From the IMG/VR virus record IMGVR_UViG_3300044701_003269, positions 1 through 64,000 of that record: a stretch of 64,000 nucleotides of DNA; one strand, 5' to 3'. The position numbers were made by a program, and so were the translations under genes. Under the pieces are notes generated by a model that searched no databases, had not been told where the DNA came from, and saw only the letters and a list, made by a program, of their open reading frames with translations. The stretch's first letter is position 1. Every line of letters starts with the position of its first letter. This document shows, in pieces, positions 28,679-38,120 of this stretch. Source of the stretch: a virus.

Positions 28679-28971
28679 TGGCCACTTTTAACGTTACTCT
28701 TCAAACCCCTGACGGCACTGAAACTACTATCGAATGTGCTGACGACCAATACATTCTTGAAGCTGCTGAAGAAGCAGGTATTGACCTTCCTTATTCTTGT
28801 AAGGCAGGTGCTTGCTCTTCGTGTGCTGGTAAAGTGATTTCTGGCGAGATTGACAATGAAGAGCAATCTTTCCTTGATGACGACCAGATGGCAGATGGAT
28901 TTGCACTTCTTTGTGTTGCTTATCCAAAGTCTGATTGTGTCATTCTCACCGAACAGGAAGAGAACCTGTGA
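28678..28971 (+). CDS. petF: Plant-type [2Fe-2S] ferredoxin
   Basis: [13 protein letters not shown]...LLCVAYP. Confidence 0.96.
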   Translation: MATFNVTLQTPDGTETTIECADDQYILEAAEEAGIDLPYSCKAGACSSCAGKVISGEIDNEEQSFLDDDQMADGFALLCVAYPKSDCVILTEQEENL

Positions 28972-29243
28972 GTGCTGATATGCTAGGGCAATTTGCAATT
29001 GCCCTTGAGAAACTTGGATGGGATGCTTATGATGAACTCTCTGTAGAGATTGGAGGAGTTGCAGTAACAGGAACTGCTACTAGTCCAAATGCAAATCCAA
29101 AATGGGCAAAACCATTTGGAACCATCACTTATCAAAACGATGCCTTTATCGTTATTAAGAATAAGTCAAGGAACCCTGTAGTTCCTTCTACCCCAAATCC
29201 TGAACTCAAACAAAAACACCCTTATCAAGGAGAAAAACAATGA
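28968..29243 (+). CDS. Hypothetical protein
   Basis: GTG overlapping the petF stop; operon context. Confidence 0.6.
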   Translation: MSADMLGQFAIALEKLGWDAYDELSVEIGGVAVTGTATSPNANPKWAKPFGTITYQNDAFIVIKNKSRNPVVPSTPNPELKQKHPYQGEKQ

Positions 29244-29347
29244 ACGAAAAAGCTGAACGTATTAATGGTTGGGCAGCAATGCTTGGTATTGTTGCCGCAA
29301 TGGGCAGTTATGCTGTCACTGGTCAAATCATTCCTGGTATTTGGTGA
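29240..29347 (+). CDS. hli: High-light inducible protein, 35 aa
   Basis: [16 protein letters not shown]...TGQIIPGIW; AAGGAG RBS; missed by the ORF track. Confidence 0.92.
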   Translation: MNEKAERINGWAAMLGIVAAMGSYAVTGQIIPGIW

Positions 29348-29348
29348 T

Positions 29349-29492
29349 ATGAAGTGTAAAGTGCAGTTATACGTAGCAGGTAAGGTTTTCTACGAAACAG
29401 TAGAGGCAAGAGATTATCAAGATGCAAGGGAAACTGCACTTGCACGGAATCCAAAGGCCAAAGTTGTTGGAGTTACTGCTGTTTTTGATTAA
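29349..29492 (+). CDS. Small conserved cyanophage protein
   Basis: MKCKVQLYVAGKVF...ALARNPKAKVV. Confidence 0.65.
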   Translation: MKCKVQLYVAGKVFYETVEARDYQDARETALARNPKAKVVGVTAVFD

Positions 29493-29497
29493 TAACT

Positions 29498-30070
29498 ATG
29501 TTTAATATTTTTAAAAAAGAAAAAACGACTAGGGAGGTTCCTATGCGTAGAGAAGGATATCAAATTCCTCAAGTAGAATTTGTATTCCGTGAAAACGGAG
29601 AATTTGTAAATCGCACATCTTCAGAACTTTTCGATGGGAAGCGTGTTGTCATTTTTAGTTTGCCTGGTGCTTTCACTCCTACTTGCAGTGCCTATCAGCT
29701 ACCTGGATTCGAAGAGAAATACGAAGACTTTGTTGGTAGTGGCATCGACGCTATTTACTGCATCTCTGTTAATGATGCGTTTGTGATGAATGCTTGGGCT
29801 CAAGACCAGAACATCAAGAATGTCCAACTCATTCCTGATGGTAATGCATACTTCACCCGTTCGATGGGACAACTAGTAATGAAGTCCAATCTTGGTTTCG
29901 GTGAGCGTTCTTGGCGTTATGCTGCTGTGGTTAATAACGGACAGATTGAGAAACTATTCGAAGAGCCTGGTAAGCGTGATAATGCCAAGGAAGACCCTTA
30001 TGGTGAGACCAGTCCAGAAGCAGTTCTGGAATATGTGAAATCTACTGTTCATGAACCAGTAGCAGTTTGA
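29498..30070 (+). CDS. Type II (Prx5-like) peroxiredoxin
   Basis: FSLPGAFTPTCS, SVNDAFVM, PDGN, RSWRYA. Confidence 0.93.
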   Translation: MFNIFKKEKTTREVPMRREGYQIPQVEFVFRENGEFVNRTSSELFDGKRVVIFSLPGAFTPTCSAYQLPGFEEKYEDFVGSGIDAIYCISVNDAFVMNAWAQDQNIKNVQLIPDGNAYFTRSMGQLVMKSNLGFGERSWRYAAVVNNGQIEKLFEEPGKRDNAKEDPYGETSPEAVLEYVKSTVHEPVAV

Positions 30071-30129
30071 GAGAAGGAGGGTTTATCCCTCCTTTTTTAA
30101 TAAATATAATGCAGGGTTTGGATACTATA

Positions 30130-30828
30130 ATGCTCATAGATCTTCATAACTTCTTTAAATTTTACGACGATAAAAATCCAAAGCACGTTGCTGCGGTAGA
30201 ACAATTTGAAAAGGATTTGCTTCTGAAAGCCCAAGAGTTGATGCAGGATGATGCCAACTGGGTGAGAATTTTTAGAACCAAAGAAGATAAACCCCAAGCA
30301 AGTATTTTGCCCGTTCCTTTTTATCCACAAACAGATAATTATAGAGATGCAAATAGAACTTGCAACTCTTCTTCTTGTGCAATGTGCCTTGAGTATTTCA
30401 AACCTGGTACACTAAAAGGAGCTAAAGGCGACGACGCCTATGTACAAAAAGTTTTCCAAATCGGTGACACAACTGATCACTTGGTTCAGACCAAAGTTCT
30501 TGCGTCATACGGTATCAAATCCAGTTTTTCCTACAGCCTTTCTTTTGCTGATCTTGATAGAGAGCTTGCCGCTGGTAGACCTGTTGTTATTGGTATTCTT
30601 CATCGCGGTTCTCTATCTAACCCCACAGGAGGGCACATGGTAGTTGTAATTGGCAAAACCCCTTCAGGTGACTATGTTGTTAATGACCCATACGGCTCAT
30701 TGAATGATGGATACACTGGGTCAGTTAATAATGGTAAAGGTGCTGTATACAAGCGTTCTGATTTATCCCGTAGATGGTGTCCAAAAGGAAATGATGGTTG
30801 GGGAAGAATCTTTGATGTAAAAAAGTAG
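30130..30828 (+). CDS. C39-like cysteine peptidase (cell-wall hydrolase); 0-frame part of a frameshift gene
   Basis: VPFYPQ, CNSSSCAM, GGHMVVVIG, VNDPYG; ATAAATA late promoter at 30100. Confidence 0.8.
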   Translation: MLIDLHNFFKFYDDKNPKHVAAVEQFEKDLLLKAQELMQDDANWVRIFRTKEDKPQASILPVPFYPQTDNYRDANRTCNSSSCAMCLEYFKPGTLKGAKGDDAYVQKVFQIGDTTDHLVQTKVLASYGIKSSFSYSLSFADLDRELAAGRPVVIGILHRGSLSNPTGGHMVVVIGKTPSGDYVVNDPYGSLNDGYTGSVNNGKGAVYKRSDLSRRWCPKGNDGWGRIFDVKK

Positions 30829-30891
30829 AGTCAACACCACAATCCAAAATCCCTCAGTGTGGTGTTGACTTGATTAAAGAATTTGAGGGAT
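30819..30891 (+). other. Putative -1 programmed ribosomal frameshift signal (A_AAA_AAG plus H-type pseudoknot)
   Basis: Heptamer 30819-30825; 13 bp stem 30829-30841/30858-30870; loop ATCCCTCA pairs with TGAGGGAT 30884-30891. Confidence 0.8.
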
Positions 30892-31307
30892 GCCATTTAA
30901 ATGCTTATCCCGATCCATTAACTGGTGGACTTCCTATTACTATTGGTTGGGGTTCTACAAAAGATTTCAATGGACAATACTTCAAACTTGGTAGAAAAAT
31001 AACTCAAGAGTATGCAGATAGACTATTAACATTTGACCTTGAGAATAGATTTCTTCCATCACTTCAAAGAATTCCTTATTGGGGAGAAATGTCAGATGGA
31101 CAAAGAGGCGCTCTGCTCAGCTTCGCTTATAATCTTGGTGCCGGTTTTTACGGTGGTTCTAACTTTAATACTATTACTAAATGCCTAAAAAATAAAGAAT
31201 GGTCTAAAGTCCCTGATGCTTTATATCTTTACCGCAATCCTGGAACTAACGTAGAGAAAGGACTTGCTCGCAGAAGAGTTGCAGAAGGTAAACTTTGGTC
31301 TTCATAA
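30825..31307 (+). CDS. GH24 phage lysozyme domain (-1 frame; ORF track starts it at TTG 30870)
   Basis: GVDLIKEFEG...AYPD...TIGWG, ALLSFAYNLG, GLARRRVAE. Confidence 0.9.
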   Translation, partial: VESTPQSKIPQCGVDLIKEFEGCHLNAYPDPLTGGLPITIGWGSTKDFNGQYFKLGRKITQEYADRLLTFDLENRFLPSLQRIPYWGEMSDGQRGALLSFAYNLGAGFYGGSNFNTITKCLKNKEWSKVPDALYLYRNPGTNVEKGLARRRVAEGKLWSS

Positions 31308-31351
31308 TTTGTTACAATTGATAAATAGTATTATCCAATACTGCCGAATAA

Positions 31352-32131
31352 ATGCCACACGAGACCTGTAATAATACAGATCATGTGGTCTTACTTCAGA
31401 AGCTGGACAAGATGATACTTGTCGCAGAAGCGTCAGAGTATGAATTAGGATTTCGTAGACGACTTCAATCATTTCGCAATCTTTTGGTAATCCATGCTGC
31501 GAAGACAAAAGACCTAGGCGAAGCAACAAAAGAAATAATAACGAATCATAGAAAAAGAATACTTGCTTGGGGCATACCTATTACATTAATGTTTGGAGCA
31601 CCCTATTTTATTCTCACTAAAACTGATTGGTTGATGCAGAGACCAATTATTTGTAAAGAGTTCCCTACTAAAAATAAATTACATCCAGGCAAACTTGAAG
31701 TTTGTGTGAATGGTGTAACCCATCCATATAGACCTTCTAATGGTGATGCTGAATTAGACATTACTTTTATGAGAACTCACTGGGAAAGAGTTCAAGCAGA
31801 TGTGACTTTTTGGATTGCCGACGAAATTGCTAACAAGACCGTTGATTATTCTGGTGAATATAATATTCAAAGAATTAGAACTTATAACTCTAGAGGTATT
31901 CTGGTAAGTGATAGGGAGAATGAAACAAGTTCTTGGATTGAACCAGTAGTCCCAGATGATATGAGATTGCCTATGTGGAACTGGGTATATGAGAATAGAG
32001 ATTTATTTCATGTAGAAAGAAAACCACTCGATGAAACAGTGCAGAAGTTTTTTAGTAGTTTAGGTGCTCTTATTGCTACTGCTGGTTCCGCAGGTATCAC
32101 AATCTATAGATTTATCAAGGCTGGACTTTGA
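31352..32131 (+). CDS. Two-TM membrane protein next to the lysis genes
   Basis: Hydrophobic segments near aa 70-88 and at the C-terminus; ATAAATA at 31321. Confidence 0.6.
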   Translation: MPHETCNNTDHVVLLQKLDKMILVAEASEYELGFRRRLQSFRNLLVIHAAKTKDLGEATKEIITNHRKRILAWGIPITLMFGAPYFILTKTDWLMQRPIICKEFPTKNKLHPGKLEVCVNGVTHPYRPSNGDAELDITFMRTHWERVQADVTFWIADEIANKTVDYSGEYNIQRIRTYNSRGILVSDRENETSSWIEPVVPDDMRLPMWNWVYENRDLFHVERKPLDETVQKFFSSLGALIATAGSAGITIYRFIKAGL

Positions 32132-32302
32132 TTTTTTATTGGCAGCATCAACTCCAAAGGTTGCTAGAGCAGAAGTAAATACGGATGCTATAAAAGTAGC
32201 ATCCATTTTTTTTAAGTAGTCCATATAGTTCAAAGTTAGTAAAGTTGCAGACCATCCAAGAATTGCCAATCTAATTACTGTAAATGAACTTATGTTTTTC
32301 AT
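32060..32302 (-). CDS. Small two-TM membrane protein
   Basis: LAILGWSATLLTL and FIASVFTSALATFGV. Confidence 0.6.
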   Translation of the reverse strand: MKNISSFTVIRLAILGWSATLLTLNYMDYLKKMDATFIASVFTSALATFGVDAANKKSKSSLDKSIDCDTCGTSSSNKST

Positions 32303-32455
32303 TTTAACTTTCTACCTCTTTTAGCAGGTCTACGAATAAAACGAATTATTTCTGGCGGTTGTTTTTTGGGAATAGGTCTCCTGTTCTCAAGCATTATTCC
32401 ATCATTTGTTAGTAAACGAATTAGAACTAAGAGTGATAAAACTTTTCTTTTCATT

Positions 32456-32794
32456 TTACGTGTAAGGTTTTACTATACCTTCTGTTAACATTCTTTCATT
32501 TACGGTGAATGAATCACCTACAAGATAAAGAGTTCCCAGGATTCTTCCATACTTGTCTTCTTTATGGGTTTCAATAACCCACTCATTAGAACGTGAGAGT
32601 TCTTTTTCTAACCAAAGTCTTGCTTTAATACCTTCTGCTTTTTCTGATAAGTTCGTTGTTCTTGTTTCTGCAGCATCAATACCTTTGAGACGAACTCTCT
32701 GTTTTATTGTAATATCAAAACCCAAATCAATATCAATGTCAATAGTGTCTCCATCAATGACTCTGTGAATTTTCTTTATCTTGTATTGATACAT
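32456..32794 (-). CDS. Thermonuclease (SNase-like)
   Basis: RVIDGDTI, RVRLKGIDAAE, DKYGRILG. Confidence 0.88.
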   Translation of the reverse strand: MYQYKIKKIHRVIDGDTIDIDIDLGFDITIKQRVRLKGIDAAETRTTNLSEKAEGIKARLWLEKELSRSNEWVIETHKEDKYGRILGTLYLVGDSFTVNERMLTEGIVKPYT

Positions 32795-32896
32795 CTTTCA
32801 TCTCCAGATGTGCTAATCTTAATATGTAATAAATTGTCCAGGCCGTGAATGTTAATCCACATCCAAGTATAACTACTACACCCCAAGGGAAGTCAT

Positions 32897-33091
32897 TCAT
32901 AATTTTCCTTCTTTTTTATGTATCCAGGTTTTGAGTTCGTGTAGATATTGTCTCAAGTTATCTGCTTTTTCTAGATGCCAAACATCACCACTCTTGAAAT
33001 ATTCTTGAGTGTGATTGTCGATTGCTTTTAAAATATTATGTATCGGTGCGTTCCAAGGTTCCCTTTTGGGAGTATTCCATTCCCTTGGCAT
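32897..33091 (-). CDS. Hypothetical protein
   Basis: First gene of a minus-strand unit with a late-like element upstream. Confidence 0.6.
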   Translation of the reverse strand: MPREWNTPKREPWNAPIHNILKAIDNHTQEYFKSGDVWHLEKADNLRQYLHELKTWIHKKEGKL

Positions 33092-33166
33092 TGGTGGGAA
33101 AGCAGTTTTAATTATTTAGAATAAAGGGTGTTTATTTATACCGCGCCACCTTAGAGGGTGGGCTCA

Positions 33167-33244
33167 TTGACAGGGTTTCAAAACAGTGTTATGATAAATA
33201 CATCAACAGGTTAAGGAATGTAACAGTTCCTTAATCTTTGTAAC
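33167..33244 (+). promoter_or_regulatory. psbA promoter with HLR1-like repeats
   Basis: TTGACA-N17-TATGAT plus ATAAATA; downstream GTAAC repeats read GTTACA on the minus strand. Confidence 0.6.
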
Positions 33245-33348
33245 TCCCACTAACCGAGACCTATGGGGAGTATAAACACGTCTCTCATATCCTAGACTTA
33301 GGGTGTCTAGGAAATAAGTATCTCCACCATTTCCCTGATGGATCTACT
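33245..33348 (+). ncRNA. PhotoRC-II-type structured psbA 5' UTR
   Basis: CTCCC/GGGAG stem, GAGAC/GTCTC pseudoknot, TCCTAGAC/GTCTAGGA hairpin upstream of phage psbA. Confidence 0.75.
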
Positions 33349-33361
33349 TACTTTTTAAAAA

Positions 33362-34441
33362 ATGACTGCTACAATTTCACAACAACGACAATTAAATACT
33401 TGGGAACAGTTCTGCAACTGGGTTACTTCAACCGATAATCGTCTTTATGTCGGTTGGTTTGGAGTCCTGATGATTCCCTGCCTGCTTGCTGCAACAACTT
33501 GCTTCATCATCGCATTCATCGGTGCTCCCCCTGTGGACATTGATGGTATCCGCGAACCTGTTGCTGGTTCCTTAATGTACGGAAACAACATCATCTCCGG
33601 TGCTGTTGTTCCTTCGTCCAATGCAATTGGACTGCACTTCTACCCCATCTGGGAAGCTGCTTCCCTAGATGAGTGGCTCTACAACGGTGGTCCTTTCCAA
33701 CTCGTTGTATTCCACTTCCTCATTGGCATCTATGCCTATATGGGTCGTGAGTGGGAACTTTCATACCGCCTAGGTATGCGTCCTTGGATCTGTGTTGCTT
33801 ACAGCGCCCCTGTTGCTGCTGCATCCGCAGTATTCCTGGTCTATCCTTTCGGTCAAGGTTCTTTCTCTGATGCTATGCCTCTTGGTATCTCTGGCACCTT
33901 TAACTATATGCTTGTGTTCCAGGCAGAACATAACATCCTGATGCACCCCTTCCACATGCTTGGAGTTGCTGGTGTCTTCGGTGGTTCTCTGTTCAGTGCT
34001 ATGCACGGTTCTCTGGTTACTTCCTCACTAGTTCGTGAAACCACTGAGAATGAGTCACAGAACTATGGTTACAAGTTCGGTCAAGAAGAAGAGACCTACA
34101 ACATCGTTGCTGCTCACGGTTATTTCGGACGCCTTATTTTCCAATATGCTTCCTTTAATAACTCACGTTCACTTCACTTCTTCCTTGCTGCTTGGCCTGT
34201 AGTTGGCATCTGGTTCACGGCGCTTGGTGTTAGCACCATGGCATTTAACCTGAATGGATTCAACTTCAACCAGTCTATCCTTGACAGTCAGGGTCGTGTG
34301 CTCAACACCTGGGCAGATGTTCTGAACCGTGCTGGTCTTGGAATGGAAGTGATGCATGAGCGTAACGCTCACAACTTCCCTCTCGATCTCGCTGCTGCTG
34401 AGAACACTCCTGTTGCTCTCACTGCACCTGCAATCGGTTGA
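33362..34441 (+). CDS. psbA: Photosystem II D1 protein (Glu130 form, no intron)
   Basis: Full D1 sequence, [20 protein letters not shown]. Confidence 0.99.
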   Translation: MTATISQQRQLNTWEQFCNWVTSTDNRLYVGWFGVLMIPCLLAATTCFIIAFIGAPPVDIDGIREPVAGSLMYGNNIISGAVVPSSNAIGLHFYPIWEAASLDEWLYNGGPFQLVVFHFLIGIYAYMGREWELSYRLGMRPWICVAYSAPVAAASAVFLVYPFGQGSFSDAMPLGISGTFNYMLVFQAEHNILMHPFHMLGVAGVFGGSLFSAMHGSLVTSSLVRETTENESQNYGYKFGQEEETYNIVAAHGYFGRLIFQYASFNNSRSLHFFLAAWPVVGIWFTALGVSTMAFNLNGFNFNQSILDSQGRVLNTWADVLNRAGLGMEVMHERNAHNFPLDLAAAENTPVALTAPAIG

Positions 34442-34462
34442 GTTAGTTAAAACTTAATCACT

Positions 34463-34488
34463 GGGGGTCTTCGGACCCCTTTCTTTTT
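34463..34488 (+). terminator. Terminator between psbA and psbD
   Basis: GGGGTC-TTCG-GACCCC plus T-rich tail. Confidence 0.75.
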
Positions 34489-34500
34489 CGGAGGTTATAA

Positions 34501-35562
34501 ATGGTATCTTCTGCTTTACAACAACCAATTCAACAAAGGGGGTGGTTCGATGTTCTCGATGATTGGCTTAAGCGTGATAGGTTTGTTTTTGTCGGTTGGT
34601 CTGGCCTTCTCCTTTTCCCTACAGCTTATCTCGCTCTTGGCGGTTGGCTTACAGGAACCACCTTTGCTACCAGTTGGTACACCCACGGCATTGCGTCTTC
34701 ATATTTGGAGGGGTGTAACTTTCTTACTGCTGCTGTCAGCACTCCTGCTGATGCTCTCGGACATAGCCTCTTACTCCTATGGGGTCCTGAAGCTCAGGGA
34801 GATTTCGTCCGCTGGGTCCAACTTGGGGGACTCTGGACTTTTGTGGCACTACACGGCGCTTTCAGCTTAATCGGATTTATGCTTCGGCAGTTCGAGATTG
34901 CTCGACTGGTTGGCATCCGACCATATAATGCAATCGCATTCTCTGGTCCTATCGCTGTATTTGTCAGCGTGTTTCTGATGTACCCTCTGGGTCAATCATC
35001 TTGGTTCTTCGCTCCCTCTTTTGGTGTGGCAGCAATCTTCAGGTTCCTGCTGTTCCTTCAAGGGTTCCACAACTGGACACTCAACCCCTTCCATATGATG
35101 GGAGTGGCAGGTATCCTAGGTGGTGCTCTGCTCTGTGCTATTCACGGTGCTACTGTGGAGAATACTCTCTATGAAGATAGCGACCAAGCAAACACTTTCA
35201 AAGCTTTTGAACCCACGCAAGAGGAGGAAACTTATTCGATGGTTACTGCTAACCGTTTCTGGTCACAGATTTTCGGTATTGCTTTTAGTAACAAGCGTTG
35301 GTTGCATTTCTTTATGCTCTTTGTTCCCGTCATGGGTTTATGGACCTCTAGTATCGGTATCATTGGACTCGCTCTTAATCTTCGTGCTTACGACTTTGTA
35401 TCTCAAGAAGTTCGTGCGGCGGAGGATCCGGAGTTCGAGACGTTCTACACAAAGAACATTCTATTAAATGAAGGCCTTCGTGCTTGGATGGCTCCAGTAG
35501 ACCAGCCTCATGAGAATTTTGTGTTCCCAGAGGAAGTTCTACCGCGAGGTAATGCACTTTAA
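34501..35562 (+). CDS. psbD: Photosystem II D2 protein
   Basis: [16 protein letters not shown]...EVLPRGNAL. Confidence 0.99.
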   Translation: MVSSALQQPIQQRGWFDVLDDWLKRDRFVFVGWSGLLLFPTAYLALGGWLTGTTFATSWYTHGIASSYLEGCNFLTAAVSTPADALGHSLLLLWGPEAQGDFVRWVQLGGLWTFVALHGAFSLIGFMLRQFEIARLVGIRPYNAIAFSGPIAVFVSVFLMYPLGQSSWFFAPSFGVAAIFRFLLFLQGFHNWTLNPFHMMGVAGILGGALLCAIHGATVENTLYEDSDQANTFKAFEPTQEEETYSMVTANRFWSQIFGIAFSNKRWLHFFMLFVPVMGLWTSSIGIIGLALNLRAYDFVSQEVRAAEDPEFETFYTKNILLNEGLRAWMAPVDQPHENFVFPEEVLPRGNAL

Positions 35563-35837
35563 AATAAATAGAGGAGTTCTCTGGAACTCCTTTTTTTATG
35601 TTTGGAATCCTAATATTTTTTATTCTCTTTGGGATTTTTATGACTCTTGTATCACTCACTGACCATTATCATTATTAAAATAAATGTCTCATAATCACGA
35701 AGAAGAAGATATTCCCAGTTGGGTTATATGGATGGGAATAAGTATCTTAGTATTCACTGTTCTTTGTTTTGTATTGATGACACTTGGAATGCTCTATTGG
35801 TAAGCAATTTCTAAATAATTTTTTACAATACTTAACG

Positions 35838-36503
35838 ATGCTTTTAGACTTAGCACACACAATTGCTGACTATACTATATGTGGTGAAGGTAACGTATCA
35901 GAAAGAAAAACTGAAGATACTTTTCTAATCAAAGCAAGTGGCACAAGTCTCCATACATTATCAGAAGAAGATTTAGTTCTGGTGAATACTGATGCTCAAC
36001 AATTAAAACCAGAACAAAAGAAACCAAGTATTGAAGTGCTTTTTCATGCATGGATTATGAAGCACTTTCCAGAGATTAACTATATCGCTCATACTCATCC
36101 ACCAAAGACAACCCAGATACTCTGCTCTCCTGCGATAAATGATTTCGCTACTCAAAGATGGTTTCCAGACCAGATCGTAAGGAATGGTGTATTGTCATGT
36201 TTAGTTCCTTATGCTCCCCCTGGAGCTCGTCTACTTCAAAATGTAGACAAGTATGTTGGTGATTTTGTAGATGACTATGGATACTTTCCTAAGTTGATTC
36301 TTCTGGAGAATCATGGTATTATCACAGCATCACCTTACCAAAAGGATTGTGCTGCTGCTACTCTGATGTGTGAAAAATCTGCAGAAATCTTTATTGGTGC
36401 TAAACTTCTTGGTGGCGTTAACTTTCTCCCAGATGAAGAGATTGAGCACTTAGAAAACTGCCCTGGTGAGCAGTATCGTCGTCGCATGTATTTTGTCAAG
36501 TAA
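35838..36503 (+). CDS. Class II aldolase/adducin family protein
   Basis: GEGNVS, IKASG, KPSIE..FH, AHTHP, LLENHG. Confidence 0.85.
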   Translation: MLLDLAHTIADYTICGEGNVSERKTEDTFLIKASGTSLHTLSEEDLVLVNTDAQQLKPEQKKPSIEVLFHAWIMKHFPEINYIAHTHPPKTTQILCSPAINDFATQRWFPDQIVRNGVLSCLVPYAPPGARLLQNVDKYVGDFVDDYGYFPKLILLENHGIITASPYQKDCAAATLMCEKSAEIFIGAKLLGGVNFLPDEEIEHLENCPGEQYRRRMYFVK

Positions 36504-36804
36504 CTACATAGAAAAGTCGCAAAACTAAAATGAAAACCCTAACACTCACGGAAGACCAGATTAAACTTCTTGCCGATGCGGTATGGATGCGTCAGAGATG
36601 CTTTATTGCTGGCGACAAAAGGTTCAAAGAATATGGAGTAATGCTAGAAAATATTGTAGGAGATATAGAATACATACCATCTCGTTATTAAAATGATTAC
36701 TTCAGAAACACCTTACAAACTTGCTGAAATTATTAGAGACACTTGGCCAAAACTTTACAGACCGGCAAAAGAAACCTATAATACAAAGAGTCAGAAGAAA
36801 GAGA

Positions 36805-37089
36805 ATGTATGATTATTGGGTGGTGACTGACAAAACTACAGGTAGAGTTATCTCTCACTGTGGAGAAGAACACGACGCGCTTATGATGGTAAGTTTTGAC
36901 CCTGATAGAAGAACTTACCGAAAACAGAAGTTCATTATGGATCAAGTAATTACAATCACATCAACAACAGATAAACAACTTCCAGGTCAACAAGGACTAC
37001 CAGCAGCGAAAGAAGAACTGCAACCAGTAGAACTTCAGCAGCAAGTGTGGCTTCCCGAAGGTCGAGGAGTTCCAGTTAACGCTAAATAA
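36805..37089 (+). CDS. Hypothetical protein
   Basis: ATG MYDYWVV within the listed ORF. Confidence 0.5.
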   Translation: MYDYWVVTDKTTGRVISHCGEEHDALMMVSFDPDRRTYRKQKFIMDQVITITSTTDKQLPGQQGLPAAKEELQPVELQQQVWLPEGRGVPVNAK

Positions 37090-37109
37090 CTTTCAGTTTA
37101 TAAAAAATT

Positions 37110-37346
37110 ATGAAGTTCACAGTTTATTCAAAAGATGGTTGCCCGTATTGCACCAAAGTTCAACAAGTGCTAGAATTGGCAGAATTGCAACATGTGGTAT
37201 ATAAACTAGATGTTGATTTTACCCGCGAAGAATTCTATGCAGAATTTGGAACAGGTTCAACATTCCCACAAGTCATCTTGGATGAAAAACATATTGGAGG
37301 TTGTTCCGATACAGTTCAATATCTACAGGAGCAAAATCTAGTTTAA
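37110..37346 (+). CDS. nrdC: Glutaredoxin (NrdC-like)
   Basis: CPYC, TFPQV, IGGC. Confidence 0.9.
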   Translation: MKFTVYSKDGCPYCTKVQQVLELAELQHVVYKLDVDFTREEFYAEFGTGSTFPQVILDEKHIGGCSDTVQYLQEQNLV

Positions 37347-37705
37347 TGGAAACTAATTTTCACGAAGTTTATAATGATGTAGAGAAAGCTATCGACTATG
37401 CTTTCAACGGACAATTTGTATTAAAGTTTTATGATTATTTAAAAGTTCGTGGAACAAAAAGAGTTGAGGTTGAAGAGTTTATTGAAAGTTCTACCGCAAG
37501 TGAAATTAATAATTTAGTAATGGACCTTGATGACTACCTTGAAGGTGGTTCTGATGAGATGCATAAACAACTTCGGGAAGGATACGGACATATTCCAAAA
37601 CCACAAGCAAGAAAAATTAGAAATTACCTTTATGGTATATTAGAAGATGCCTGGAAGTATAGTCATGACAAAAGACCAGGGAGACGCAAAAAGCAAACTA
37701 AATAA
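37346..37705 (+). CDS. Conserved cyanophage hypothetical protein
   Basis: TAATG coupling; LREGYGHIPKPQARKI. Confidence 0.7.
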   Translation: METNFHEVYNDVEKAIDYAFNGQFVLKFYDYLKVRGTKRVEVEEFIESSTASEINNLVMDLDDYLEGGSDEMHKQLREGYGHIPKPQARKIRNYLYGILEDAWKYSHDKRPGRRKKQTK

Positions 37706-37886
37706 ATCAGAACCCCAAATTAATAGGGGTGTTGAGTTATTACTACGCAATAGGAGAAGACCAGAAAAACCAAAAACTTTTCAAGTGAAGTTTGGTAAAA
37801 TGGTCTCTCTTCTGAAGAGAGAGTTCCACTTCTTTATCGACATTCACTTTGACATAAGGAAAAAGTAAACTCTCTGGAGAAGACAA

Positions 37887-38120
37887 ATGTTAGCAGTAAC
37901 TCTAACTATAGGAACATTAGTTTCAATCATGTTCTTTTTTGTAGGAGGAGTAGTAGGGTGGTTGGCAAAGGAACACTTCTACCAAACTCAACCAGTTTAT
38001 ACACACCCAGAGATGTTTGATTCAAATGGGAATGTAATACCAGACGAAATTTTAGCAGTGAGATTTGAGAACGATTATGGCTACGACTACGACGACGAAG
38101 AAGACGAAGACAGCGATTGA
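37887..38120 (+). CDS. Small membrane protein
   Basis: TM helix, HPEMFD, acidic tail. Confidence 0.65.
   Translation: MLAVTLTIGTLVSIMFFFVGGVVGWLAKEHFYQTQPVYTHPEMFDSNGNVIPDEILAVRFENDYGYDYDDEEDEDSD

Noticed and set aside
29265-29348. 5' part of the listed 75 aa ORF 29265-29492
   Set aside because: This stretch is the hli gene in another frame; the real ORF starts at ATG 29349.
30870-30872. TTG as an independent lysozyme start
   Set aside because: It truncates the conserved N-terminal helix and its RBS region is inside a 13 bp stem; frameshift entry explains the locus better, though low-level initiation is not excluded.
33362-35562. Group I intron or homing endonuclease at psbA/psbD
   Set aside because: Both ORFs are continuous and normal length; the 59 nt spacer holds only a terminator and RBS.
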